Assembly (NCBI GenBank): GCA_002633005.1 | Contig: NMRA01000371.1 | Location: forward strand, 124,001-187,859 | Reading direction: 5' to 3' | Length of the DNA stretch: 63,859 nt | DNA from: Phoronis australis | Taxonomy: Eukaryota; Animalia; Phoronida | Shown: in pieces, positions 14,266 to 28,060 of the stretch | Layout of the letters: every line of letters starts with the position of its first letter | Numbering within the stretch: position 1 is the first letter of the stretch | Position numbers and translations under genes: made by a program | The notes under the pieces: generated by a model | What the model saw: only the letters and a program-made list of their open reading frames with translations | Databases searched by the model: none | Told to the model about the DNA's origin: nothing

Positions 14266-15346
14266 TACGGAGAGCCAAAGCTGAAAAAAATTCCAGGACA
14301 CAAAATTTTCTATTCAAGAATTAAAAGCAGGTCATAACATTAATTTTACTATTCAGGACTAACAAAAAGGAACTCAAAACTTGAATATTCACTTCCTCAA
14401 GAATTAAAAACAGCCCAAAACTTTATTTTCACTCGGCAAGACTAAAAAACAACTCTAGAATAAAATTTATTAAGGCAGGGCCCAAAATTTTTAACGTCAA
14501 GACTAATAATTGATCACCTCAGGACAGATGTTTTATGACGTCAGGATCGAAAATTTATCATGACAGGATTGAAAATTTAACACGCCAGGAATGAAAATTT
14601 CATGCCAGAAAAATTTCATACCAGGAGACCATGTGACCATCCACAAGTAGGTGACCCATCAAAGAGATGACATCGGTACTAGGTACACAAGGGCTATGCG
14701 TTCAACATTTCTTGTTGACGACAGTCACATTATTGTGACAATAAAGCTGAATTTCAGTTGTGCCTTCCACGTTTTATATCACAAGCCAATGTTCATTTGG
14801 TCACACTAGACTCTCACTTCAAGTGAATGAAGTCCACATATTCGTGGTCACATGCTTGTGCATGGACTCGTGGTCACATGGCATGAACTTTTGTCCTGGC
14901 GTGATAAATTTTGTATCCTGAAGTGGTAAGTTTTCCATTCCGGCATAACAAATTCTGGTTTTGAGTACATTTTTGGTCCTNCACAGGCAATATGAATGAT
15001 TGCGTCTGCAGTAACATTGACGACAGTCACATTATTGTGACAATAAAGCTGAATTTCAGTTGTGCCTTCCACGTTTTATATCACAAGCCAATGTTCATTT
15101 GGTCACACTAGACTCTCACTTCAAGTGAATGAAGTCCACATATTCGTGGTCACATGCTTGTGCATGGACTCGTGGTCACATGGCATGAACTTTTGTCCTG
15201 GCGTGATAAATTTTGTATCCTGAAGTGGTAAGTTTTCCATTCCGGCATAACAAATTCTGGTTTTGAGTACATTTTTGGTCCTGCAGATTTTAATTCTTGA
15301 TTAGAAAATTTGTGTCCTGGAAATTTTTCCACTTTGGCTTTCCGTA
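14266..15346. mobile_element. Non-autonomous IS3EU-like DNA transposon
   Basis: TIRs TACGGA(G/A)AGCCAAAG...TTCCAGGACACAAA; TAC...GTA termini; 6-bp TSD AGCAAC at 14260-14265 and 15347-15352; internal CAGGA..AAAATTT subrepeats. Confidence 0.75.
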
Positions 15347-18300
15347 AGCAACACGGACAAAGAAGCCCAGAGAGTTCGCTCCCATACACAAGAATAGCAG
15401 TTTGCATACTCAAGGAAGTTGAGAGACCCCGCTCCAGTGGGTGCCATGTTTGAATAAGAAAATGAAGCCTCCAACAGTGGGATGGACCAACACACACATG
15501 CCTCTTGAAAACAATACCGGGTAATTATTTAATTTTGTCTGAACAGTTACAGTAGTTCAGTTAGATACCTTAACCCCTGTCCACACACAGACTTCCCCCA
15601 GAACAACTTGCACCAGAGCAACTTGTCACACTTGCGACCACAAACACATATTCGATAACTAATGTAAGGTGGAAGTTGTTTCTCTGTGCATGACAATTGA
15701 CAGCTGATGCAAATACATGGAACACCCCTCTGTATATAACCGCCGCTGCAAATTGCTTCTGCCCTGCCCAGGTTTAAAGCCACACAGCGATTAGAAGTGG
15801 CGCACGTTACCCCAAAACAAGCTACCCTGCTTCGACAAGGTGGAGTAAATTGTCACAACTGGGGCAAGTTGCACTAGTTTGAATAGCGTCCAGACAGCCC
15901 CCAAACCTGGTGCCAACTACCTCCAGGAGTAACTTGTTCTAAGTCTGTGCGGACGACACTTCGGACAACAGCCAACTCACAAATTTGACAAAATAGTGCT
16001 AAACACAAGCTTGAGCTTTCAGTATTGATTGGGTGGCTCACTGGAAAATGTCAACACGAATTTCAACATACAAAAAAGAGAACCAAATTTGATTTCTCAA
16101 ATCCATTATGACATCCCAGAACCAAATGCCAATTTTTTGCGATAACGTTGAATCAAAGCTGCCCTCTTGAAAAAATTAAATACTTAGTGTCTATGCACAA
16201 CAGATAATCATTTGAAAATAGAAAGTGCAACCAGTGTCCTTTTGATAACCTTCTGAAACAAGAACAAAATTTCAAAATTAGCTCAATGTATCTTAAACAA
16301 CTAAGCGCATGGTAACAAGAATTTACTTAGACCCTGGCCTACACCTAAAATGTGTTGGTTAACCAGAAGTTCATTGACTGGTTGCCAAATCAGGTTTCAT
16401 CAAACAGGTCAATGGATTATCTTATGCTGGGTTCCTTTAAACAAAGCACACACACTGAAGCTGTTAAGTACCTGGGTTCGAGTCTGAATACCAACTTCTC
16501 ATTTAGACCACTATCAAACTTGTTCTTGACTCAGATTTTGGAATTGAAGCCTCTTGACACAAATGAAACAACACTTACTGCATAAAATGACCCTGATCTG
16601 TTGGTTATTCCTCATTCACTAATGTGGATTGAATGATACAAAGGGTACAATTCGCTTTGATATTATAGCATTTTTTCATTCTGGTATTAGGTACAGGGAG
16701 TATGGTAGTGGGACCTGTTGCATGACTCTAGAGAGGTAATTGATTTTATTATTATAATTATGGTCTTCATTATTATTATAACTATTACTGTTTTGCTATC
16801 TTTAAACCAATCATATTTTCCAGACAAATCAACGACCTTTTGGAATTTTCAACTTCACTTCAGTATGCTCTAAGTAACTTATCAGAAAAGTAAGAAGTAT
16901 TTCACAAGAAATTCATGATAACAGGCCCAACGCAAGAAAAAGGCATGACACCAAAGAAATTATAGTTACTTCCTGACAAAGTAAAACAAATCATATCGCT
17001 ATCCATCACCAGGTAAATAACATTGAGGCCAGAAACAAAAACTTGAGTACAAAATTGATTTTTGCCACCAGCCACTCTATATTCCTGCAGCCATCTTACA
17101 TAGGTGTAGCATGTTTTCAGCTAGTTAAAGTGAGCATTTTCAAGCCATTATTGCCCAGCATGCATAAAAAACATAAAAATATTTGGTCTCTGACAAATGG
17201 CAGGTGAATTAAAACAGAAGGAGTGAAATCAAGAGTTGGATGGATCAAGACACCAACAAATCCTCTGTACAAAAACAGAGCATGCAGTGTTCCTGACCAC
17301 CAACAAAAAGCAAGCACGGAAATGACAGATAAATCCTGCCATTACACCAATAAAAAGTCACTGTATACAATACATTTTTGTCCATAAGCAATACAAGTGA
17401 GAAGGGTCATATACTCATGGAAAATCACCGGCATGAAAGTGTGTGCTGCTGAATACTATATTTGTAAATGTTGTCAGAAAATACTTGTGAATACCTGTGG
17501 TTAATGAATATGGAATATTCCAAAAATATATATTCAAAAAAAGCCCAGTGCTTAAAAAATCGTGTTCTGTAATATAAATTACATTTATCAAATGTAAACT
17601 AATCAACAGTTTCCACAAGTTTATCCCAATACAACCAGTATTATAATATTCATTTTGACAGTATGAAATTGTGCACCCGAGTAACATGACACAAGTGAAT
17701 GTAATGGCATTCATTCTGACAGTATGCAGTTATACATCTGGTAACATGAGAATAAAGCTTTTTACACAATTTCAGTCAAGTAGCATCAAAAAACCAAATT
17801 TATTCTACAAAATTTTCAAGAAAAACCCCCATGAGATGAACATTCCTAAGGTACATGACTCACTTTCACCAACAAAAACAATGGTCTTACAATTGAAGTC
17901 TAAGGAGGTTTACCAAATGTAACCACTATATAAACTCCAGCCTGTCAAACTCCATGGCAACTCCTTTTACCCTTTCCCCCAACTCTTTAAAAGGTGATAT
18001 CACAGTTACCACTAGTTCTACAGATTAAACACCAGGTGGCGTTATTGATTCGCACTATCAACTGAATATGTGAGTTGGATGTTATGACCTCTAGTGATTA
18101 CTGCCATTGGACTGGAGCTAACTGTTCCAACTGCCCAACTCTGCAATATAATCCACCTATCTTGAGAGGTTGAGATGGCGGGAGTTACGCTCTCGCAGAT
18201 TAAGACAGAAACTCTGCAAAATCAGGAGTTGCAGTGTCAGAAAGAAAAGAGACACCAGCCTGATCTCTATCGATTGTAAGATTATGCAAATAAATACACA

Positions 18301-18790
18301 AGTGATATGTGCAGCTAAAATTGTATAACAGGTTTAGCAATACAAGCAAATCAATGGTTCAGGTGATGCAATGTTTGTCCATAGAAGTCTGGGGTCAAAT
18401 GAATTATACAATGTCAGGGAGCCAAGATTCATCTCGGAGAAATAGAAAATTATATAAAGTTTCTGATTTGAGAAAAGGACAAAATGAAATCACTTAATCG
18501 CAAGTCATAACAAAATAATACATGTGCAATGTACTTCATGCTAAACAAAAATGAAGATGACATTAAAAATTTGTATATTCTGATCTATTAAAATCATAAC
18601 GAACCAAATACAATTCAAACTTTAAGGTTACGAAATATCCTGGGAAATGGTAAAATTTGGCTTAATTTAAGACCATTAAATTTTAAGAAATGGCTGGTCA
18701 GATTCAAATAAAAATTTCACTTACGCAATACATAATTCTAGGAATGTTTTTTAAATGCTTCATCATTGCATAAGCAAAAATTGGAATTTT

Positions 18791-19008
18791 TTATTTATAT
18801 CAAAAAATCACGAGATGCACCAATTAAATGATAATTTTTAGAAAGCTGGTTCTGAGATAACATCTTAAACATTTATTTATACCAAATATGAATAATTCTT
18901 ATTTATATCAAAAAATCACGAGTTGCACCAATTAAATGATAATTTTTAGAAAGCTGGTTCTGAGATAACATCTTAAACATTTATTTATACCAAAAATGAA
19001 TAATTCTT
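18791..19008. repeat. 108-bp tandem duplication
   Basis: TTATTTATATCAAAAAATCACGAG... at 18791 and 18899. Confidence 0.9.
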
Positions 19009-22000
19009 CCTTTTCCCCAATGTTTTACTAAAGACATGGTCACATGACCCAATCCATGACGGATTGGATTAATTAAAGTCCACGATTCAATTCTACACAG
19101 ATTGTTACTGTCAAAAAATTTACTTCAACTGCAGTTTTGCACAGTTACACTGTTGCAAAAATACTGCATTGCCTGATTAAAAAAAACAACAAAATAACAT
19201 GAAGTAAACTGAAAAATGCAAAAAAGGCTTTTCAAAGCATTTCCAAGTTGTTGTTTTTTAGCACTGCAAATAAAATTGTATTTCCTAGTTTTTCCAAGTA
19301 TAGTAAGGAAAAGCATCTTGTACAATTGTTGGTATTTCAGATAGAGAATATCATCCTAGTCTTGGCTGCTACAGTAAAATTTCACTATTTTAGGGCACAA
19401 TATTGCAGACAAATGATTTTTCACTTTTCTATTAACGCGAAGTTTACAACATTGCTAAATGCCTTTTAAAAATGAAAAAAGATCAACATTGTCAATTACT
19501 TTTGTCTGAAATTGATGAGATTTAAAAGGCAGACATGACTTCCTTACCTTTCAACAGATACCATCATCCTCATCATATTGCTGTCACATCACATCTCATT
19601 AATATAACAACCAGTTCAATCCAACCATATTAGCATATTGTTAACACCACAGAGATGCACGTAGAAAAAGACAACCTATCTGTTTCAGTACAGCTTCCTT
19701 ACAGCAAAACAAAGGCTAGTTGCACTTCTCCTGCTGTAGCCACGGCAAATGATCCTCAACTTGAGCCTAAACGAAACCATGCCCTCAAAAGTGTCCAGCT
19801 GACCTCTCTGTGGCATGATCACCCCAGAAGACCCCAGACAGCAAGAGAAAACTGCCCTGAGGTCTAGAACAGGAGAAGACGGTCAACCAGACACAGTGAA
19901 CTCTGACTGACCAGTCAGGGCAGGTAACAGCTCAGTTCAAATACACACAGACACACAAACGCACAGGCTTATTCATTGATTTTCTAGCTTGGGGCAAGGT
20001 AGTCGCGAGAGAGCTCGGAAGAATGCACTTCGATTCGCCTGGCAACACGGCATTGTTACTTGCAGCAGAAATACAAACATACCGCTAACAATGCAACTGT
20101 GAATGAATTAATACTGAACACAACAAAATTAAAGTGCACAAGCACAAACCGATGGAAGCCAGGTCAACTAAAAATCAAGTCATTTTTATACATTAGGAAA
20201 CAACATGAAAGATAACTGAAATTTTGCTCTCCTCACTTTCCTAAATACTGAGAAACGTGGCACCAAAATTAATGCTTTCAAATTGCCAATTTCAAGTTCT
20301 GTTCTATTGCCACCATTAGGCACTGTTCCAGAAAATTGAGAGCAATTACATAGCTTGAAAAGTCAAGAAAGGGTAATTTTGGAAATAATTTTATCCAAAA
20401 TTGGTGAGACTCTTTATAATATTTGGCAAAATTTAGTTTTGTCTAGTTAACCGATTGAATTAGCGTTATTATACACCCACACAGCACCACAAGTAGCACA
20501 TGTTTCTAGGGTTGCTTATTGGGTTCATGAAATACGTAACGCAATATCTATGACTGAAATAGTCGAAATTGACACAAAAGTAACGCTACCTCACCATTTA
20601 AATTAACACAAACTAAGCATTTAGTTTTATCCTCTATGATTTTTTTAATAAAATTCCCTCTTCCGTCATATTGCGATATGTCCTAAATTACTGAGATTTT
20701 ATGATACATAAGGGGTGTATTGCATCAACTTGTCATCACAGCACACAAAGAGAACATCTAATATTGGTCGACTTCAAAATCACAAACATAGACTTTTTTA
20801 CCTTATGAAAAACAGTGTATTCTCAACAGGTCTTGACTCAATGCCACACGATGTCAAAATGTCACTAACTAGAAGCCACCACCTGCTTAAAAATTTGATG
20901 GCACTTTCTATTCAAGTTTAGGATTACATGCAGCAATTAAACTATGAGCCTTACTTTGCCATTGGTGCCAAGGGCACTCCCAACAAAGAAGTGTTGAAAA
21001 TCTACTGCATATTACAAAGCATAAAATAAAATTTCGATTCCAACAAACTAATACTTCATTTCCTTCCATTAGTTATTTTTTCTAAATTGTCATTTCAGAT
21101 GGAAGCATCAATAAGAATGGTAAAACTTGTTAGAAATATTGTCTTCCCTTAGCAATACTTTTTAAAATACGTAATTAAATTCAGCCCGACTATCGTACAT
21201 ATAGAATCACACTAGGAGTCTACGAACAAAATCGACACAATGAAAACAATGAAGTGACTATAAGCATACGTACACCTTCGTCCATCAAAGAAAACTAACT
21301 TTTAAATAAGACCTTTTACGCCTTTAAAAGTGAAATATGGACAGCAAGAGATCATCGTAGGTGCATATCCTTGGGATCAGATTTGTAGCAGTTAACACCG
21401 CAAATATAATTTTAAAAAGGCAGCTTTGATTCTGCTGTTACCTATCACTTTGACTAACTACTAAATAAATCACTTACAAATTACAAATATCAATGCAAAC
21501 TCGAAGAGAAATTCTTACCAACAATAAAAAGACATGAAAGAAAAACGCAACATCAGAACTTACTGAATGTCATCTCTGAAATATTTCAAATTTATACACA
21601 AATAAGACTGGCAGTATATTAAAGATGACAGCTTCAAGTATTCATAGTTGGATAACACATTGCAAGGAGGGAAAGTCTGTAGGTTTAGAATTGGACAACA
21701 TTGGCAGGCACTGGGCAGTTTAGTCAAAACAAAAAGAGAACCATGATAACAAAAGTGTAAATATTTACGACTATAAAAATAAGAGGGCCCCAAGGCATTT
21801 TCATACATGCAAAGATCTAATCTTATCATCTTGATACTTTCTACTTTTGTAGCATCATTGCACTTACTAGACTACCTATGGTGAAAGGTTTGAAATGATT
21901 TTTAAAAATATTTTTACTGATTGTAAAAATGTTACCAACTTTTGTCATGTTTTAGCTTAACTGTCTTTTTCAATGTAGCAACAACATGATGAAATACGCT

Positions 22001-24973
22001 TTGTGGCAATAGAGTAGTTGGTGGACAGCATTCTGAATTCTTGTGTGAGAATTTAATGCAGAGTGATTTGCCAGCGACCATCATGCCATCAATTGTCACT
22101 ATTGTGCAGAATGGGAGGATACTCAACCACAAATATCCCAATGTCTCAAAATGTCCCTGAATAAATAAATTGTGTTTTGTCCCCATCAACTGGGCTCACC
22201 TTGCACATGAGAATCAGAAATTGGCTTTTTTCTATGTACGATAATAGTTCTCCAGTTTGGAACACTGAAGAATCGATTAAGTAATTCGCTCAAGGTTGGA
22301 TCTTGTACCAAATTTTAAAAATAGGCAATACTGACCTTCCTAAATACAAGAATGGTGATAATGACAAAAGAAAATTCACCTCGATATTAAGCAATAAAGA
22401 GGCACATGAACACATCGCATTGCTGGATATTTACTATGATTTTATGAACTGCCAAGTATAATTTCAGACTCTGTTGATTCTAAACGCTATGTCTGATATT
22501 TAAGAGACATAATAAAAGCCAAAATCACCCACTTCCCAATCTGCAGAATCAACAAAATGTAAATTTTAGATATTGCTCCAAACTGAAATTTTTACCATTT
22601 GCAAGATGTTTCTTTTTTCAGCATTTGTTGTCTCCCCTAAGCATTTGCAACAAGCATTTTTTCAAAGGTGGTACAATTCAGAACCAAATAAATTCAACAA
22701 GTTACAACAGCAAGGTCTTTTCTGCTTCCAAACTGATTAAAGATTTAAAATGGAATTAACACCACAACAATGGCATGTGTTCATTGTTTCCACTATGAAC
22801 AAGACAGTCATATCAACACACAACTCACAAAGATCTAGACTGAAACCACAAAACCTACATGATAAAAAACAAAGTGCCCCCCCCCTAGAGGGCCCCACAA
22901 TTGACAATGACTATCTAAAAACAAATAGCAGATGTTAATGTGACCCTCAATTCCTCCATCACCTGCCTTTGGGCAACTATCCAGCAACAATAACCATGTC
23001 ACAGATATAAAACGCCAAATGTAAGGATCATAAGATCTAAGACTGAAATGAACCACCAAATTAGAAATATAAATTAATTGATACATCTATTGATAACTTA
23101 ATCGAGTGTTCTCAGCTGACAATAAATCCTGCAATTTACTCACTTAGAATTCCAATACATACAATAAAAAATTGGAAGGGTGCCAAATAAATAAGTCAGA
23201 ACGCAAAATGTAACCAACATAAATGTCAAATATCCAGCAACCTTCAAGACATGGTAAAATGTCCACAAAGCTGAAGAAAAGTAATTGCCAAAACTAACAT
23301 TTTCTCATTTTTTAAAAATATTTGAATGTCATTGTGTATTTGTTGGTGAAAGACGTACAACACAAACTTCAAAAATAATGAAGCAAATTTTTCTAGCAGA
23401 TTACCTTGGTTTAATATTTTGATAAAATAATATTAGACTGTTCCAGGGATATTCCTGACCAGGTTTGAACCTGTCCCTTTGGGTGCACCTGATGATAAAA
23501 AAGGGTGCCTTTTCTAAAAAGATGTGCCCAACAGACTTACTATAATTAAAGTGGTAAACATACGAAACAGAAACCCCAAGGGTAATCGAAATAAGAACAG
23601 AGTCATATTTTACCTAAGTTGACTAGAATCTTGCATTTTTGGAAGACTATTGTGTTTTAAAAGATGCACCAAGAGGCGCACTGCTGCACCCAACTTGTGC
23701 CTTTTATTTTTTCATGCACTAATGGCACAAAGGCACAGTCCAGGAATATCCCTGCTGTTTTGCCATGTTGTATTCTAAATTGAAGAAGCTGTACCGTAGT
23801 TCGCATGGATTTCTGCAGAGGAAATGCTTCAGATGATCACCTCTATAAAAACTATATTTGGAAATTATAAATCCCATGATGGCACAGATGACGGTGCCAT
23901 CCACAACAATGCTGACGACATCACACCACCAAAACAAACCATGGTGATGATAACGGAAATGCCTATACTGACAATCAAGGGTGGCAACATAGGCAGGGTA
24001 TATGAACATCCTGATACTAAAGGGACTGCTAATAACAATAATGAAGCAGTCAACTCAAATGACACCAGCAACATCGCTAGGGTCACCTCGTAGTGATGAC
24101 GGCGCCACTGTCAATGACGACGACACTGAAGTGACGCTGCTACTGATGATGATGCTGCGGATATCAACAAGCATGACACTTCTAACGAAAGTGTCAAAGA
24201 CACCGCAGTCAGACATGCTTATGTTGACGGCACCAAAGATAATAATACTGATGGCAATGAGGGCGAGGATGACGCCAACACCAACAACAATGCTGCAACA
24301 ACGATGCTCCCATAACTGGAACCATGACAATAACACAGAAGTGATAGTGACGTGGACAATGTCACTTTTAATGCCACAAATTGTTGCAACAACTTCATCT
24401 TGGGTTCAGACTGGTTCCATTTTTTATGCATAATAGGAGAACTGAACTTTTGATCATGATTCCCAGAAACTTTGATAAGATGTATTATATATCATCTGAA
24501 CAACTGAAAATTTAGGACATGGAAAATTAAGGGTACTTCACCCAAAACACCACACTTCCTTGAATAAAGTTTCACTTTCTTTCCATTATAAGGCATCAAT
24601 AAGAAATCAAGAAATGTGCAAATTGACTATGGAAAACTGAACCATGATAGCATCCAGTTTAACATTCAGCAGGGATTTTGAAAAAATTTGTATTGAATTA
24701 ATGTCATCAAATTTAAAATGGCTCAGGGTAAGCCTTGAGGTTTGTGAATCAGTACTGCTAGACAAAATTCTGTGAACATTCCCCCTGGCAACTGAAATTA
24801 AGCCCCATCATGTCAAAGGGGTACGGTAACTCGCCTTGTCTCGCTCAAGGTATTCATACAGCTAAACAAAAGAAAATGCCACCAAACACAAAACTTCGTT
24901 CCAACAGTGGCCACTGCAGAAAAATAATTTGCATTGCCCACCAGAGAAGTAAAGAACTGCTGTTACTGACAAA

Positions 24974-25195
24974 TTAATGCTGGTCCTCCGACAAGTTTGT
25001 TCAATAACTAACCATTCCTTGGCCCATTTTAATGCTGGTCCTCCAACAAGTTTGTTCAATAACTAACCATTCCTTGGCCCATTTTAATGCTGGTCCTCCC
25101 ACAAGTTTGTTCAGTAACTAACCATTCCTTGGCCCATTTTAATGCTGGTCCTCCGACAAGTTTGTTCAATAACTAACCATTCCTTGGCCCATTTT
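24974..25195. repeat. 55-bp minisatellite x4
   Basis: AATGCTGGTCCTCC recurs at 24976, 25031, 25086, 25141. Confidence 0.92.
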
Positions 25196-26226
25196 CTACT
25201 CTCTGGACTCAAATTCAAAACTTGACCAACCATGCTGCATGATTAGAGTACAAATACAGTAAGCTTATTCGAAACATGCTATGGAAATGGGTCAATTTTT
25301 TGGTGGATTTTCCAGTTCAGAGATTCGAACCCTGGCCCAGATATTTTTTCATTTGACCATTCAAACGCTTTGTGCTCATTTTAATAAATAGTCCTGTAAC
25401 ATCTGTCAGGTATAAAATTAAGCAAAGACTTTTCATTACTCTATGCTCAGGTACTCACACATGAAGCTTCAACGATTTTCAAAAAAAAAAAAAAACTAGC
25501 TCCTCTGGAATGGTGCATGGAAGCCGGCTGGATATTCGGGTTACTACAAAAGTATACAGCTGAGCTGTAGTCAGCAGAGTTTGTGCCACAAATGGTGATA
25601 TAATAATATACATTAGTAGCAAATACGATAAAACTTTTGCCAAAAATATTTTCTTGAATCTATTTTGCCAGTACCTTTCCAAAACAGTTAACATAAATAC
25701 AGCCACACAGACAGGCATGCAGTCAGTTATCAAGGTCAAAAGACTCATTAATTGGAGTGACATGGATCTCCCTTGTCATCTCAAGAGAAAATAACAGGAA
25801 CAAAGAAAATTCTGACTAAACCCACCAGTAATCTCGGTGAAATCAATGTTTAAACCAAACTAATCTTTCAATGTCCCAGTAGAGTGAAGTAGAGACCATA
25901 TGATTTGTTGTGCTAATCTCAAAAAGCTACATAATGTGAAGACACCATTTTCAATAAAAACCAAGTTTAAAGAGGAAAGCAACCATTTTGGTGTTAAAAT
26001 TAGATGACTGGATATCTTGAAAATACATTTGTCTGTGTTCATTACTGTTCCCCTGGTGTGTTTACTGTCCATGGAACAGTGGGAAGAGACCTAAATGGCA
26101 GGTTCTGAGCTCATTTCCTATTTAACAGTCTAAGTAGATTATTTGTTTCTAATGGGAATGAATGCAGACCCAAGATGTGGGCCCCCTGTTGCCACCCCAT
26201 TTACTATACTTACTAGAGTTCCATAA

Positions 26227-26722
26227 GGGCCTTTCATACTAATGTCGACTTGTCGATGGTTTGGGGAGTTGTGGTCAGCATGAATGCTTAACTGCGGTCT
26301 TGGATCGAAGTTAACAGCTCCAGTTAACATCGCAGTTAACAGGTGGATTTAACAGCACAGCGTCAACGCTGCGGTGTAGTATGAACGGTTAACTTCGGTC
26401 CAATCGAAGTTATCGCCAGGTGCCACTGTTATCGTCAACAATTACATCGTAGTGGCATCACTAATAGCTGCTTATATTTTGCTCTAATAATAACCAAAAA
26501 ATATGTTTAATGTCAATTAGCACATGTAAATGTTCCCTGATTGTCACATTGAAAAAATCTTAGCGCGTAGCGCTACCTTGCGATAACTTCGATGACGACA
26601 GCGTCACCTCCCGTTTACTTCGATGTTCATTAACTACCAAAGCCAGTATGAACGGTCCAGTTAACTGCGCTGTTTACGTTGACGCTCCGCTCAGACCGGA
26701 GTTAAGTCAATATCAAAGGGCC
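26227..26722. mobile_element. ~500-bp MITE (PIF/Harbinger-like), copy 1
   Basis: TIR GGGCCTTTCATACT / AATATCAAAGGGCC; many GTTAAC motifs; inverted homologue at 35804-36297. Confidence 0.7.
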
Positions 26723-26949
26723 TATGGACAGTGCATACACATCAAGGGAGCAGTGATTAGCAAGAAAAATGTCTCTACAAAATAAGCCAAAAACAGTTTT
26801 TTCAGGTCTATATTTTTTGAAAATCAAATTGGTGGGGTGGTACTTTTTCGTTGCTCACTTTTTCAAACAACAGCAACGTGGAGCATTGAAATATACGAAC
26901 GAATGCACCCCAAATGGTGTGCTTCTAGGAGTGCTTATCTGTATTATAA

Positions 26950-28060
26950 AAGTGGCCATTAGATGGCGCAAAGTACGCCGAATCCATCCGAAACGAGAAC
27001 ATATGATTGTTTCTTAATTGAAAGCTATTTACCAAATTTCAAGGAACTTCAGAGAAACAGAACAGAAAAAATGAAATGGCCACAAGGGGGCACAGCGTTT
27101 GTCAGATCCGTCTGAAAGTCGTGGTTTGTTGTCAACATAAATACACTTGCTAAATTTAATAAAGATCCTGCAGTGGGTTTAGGAGATACAGCTATGGGCG
27201 CAACAAAACTGCCACTAGGAGGCGCCACAGTTGTCGAAGTCGTCAAAAAATCATTGTCAACCATCCTCCTCACACACGTATGGCAATTTTCACAATCATC
27301 CTTAGAGTGGTTTGGTTGATAGAGGGACAGACTCAAAACAGCAAAATGGCCACAAGATGGTGCAAAATGCCTCAAACCCATCCAAAAACTGCAATACGTC
27401 ATCGTTTCATTAATAGAAAGTTATTACCAAAATTTCATAAAAATCTGTCAAAGAACTTCAGAGAAACAGAGGAAAGCAGAAAAAAAAGAAATTGCCACTA
27501 GGGGACACAGCAATCGTTAGATCCATTCGAAAATTGTCATTCTGTGTTGTCAACTTCATATAAATACACATGCTAAATTTAATAAAGATCCTGCAGAGGG
27601 TTTAGCACATACAGCTATGGACGAAAAAACTGCCTACAGGAGGCACCACAGTTGTCGAAGTCTTCGGCCAATCGTCAATTGTCCTCTTCACACTAAGAAC
27701 ATAAGTGCCAATTTTCACAATCATGCTAAGAGTGGTTTGGTTGATAGACTCGAAACAGCAAAAATGGCCACTGAGTGGCGCAAAATCTGTCCGAAAATGG
27801 GATGATAGCATCATCTTACTAATTGATACCTATGTGCCAAACATCATGAAAATCCGTAGAAGACCTTTGAAGATACAGAGTTAAACGTAAAAAACTAAAA
27901 TTGCCACTAGAAAGAACACCACTAGTCAAACCCGTCTGAAATTCGCCGTCACTCGTCGTCAGCTTCATAGGAACACATCTGCCAAATCTCATCAAGATCA
28001 TGTAAAGGGTTTTGGAGATACAGCTGCAGATGCCCAAAGATGACAGCAATATGCACCCAC
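26950..28060 (+). repeat. Interspersed repeat of diverged ~135-bp units; relatives at ~56090-56750 (minus) and ~62500-63420
   Basis: Recurrent GCCACTAGG(G/A)GGCGCCACAG and AAATTT(C/A)AT..AGATCC motifs at regular spacing. Confidence 0.7.

Noticed and set aside
14715-15282. 266-bp direct duplication (14715-14980 and 15017-15282)
   Set aside because: Apparently identical copies flank a single N at 14981; most likely overlapping contig ends.
21518-21537. Third candidate AEBP2 alternative first exon (ATG TCT TTT TAT TGT TG|GTAAGA)
   Set aside because: Splicing to the zinc-finger exon creates TG+A, a stop codon.
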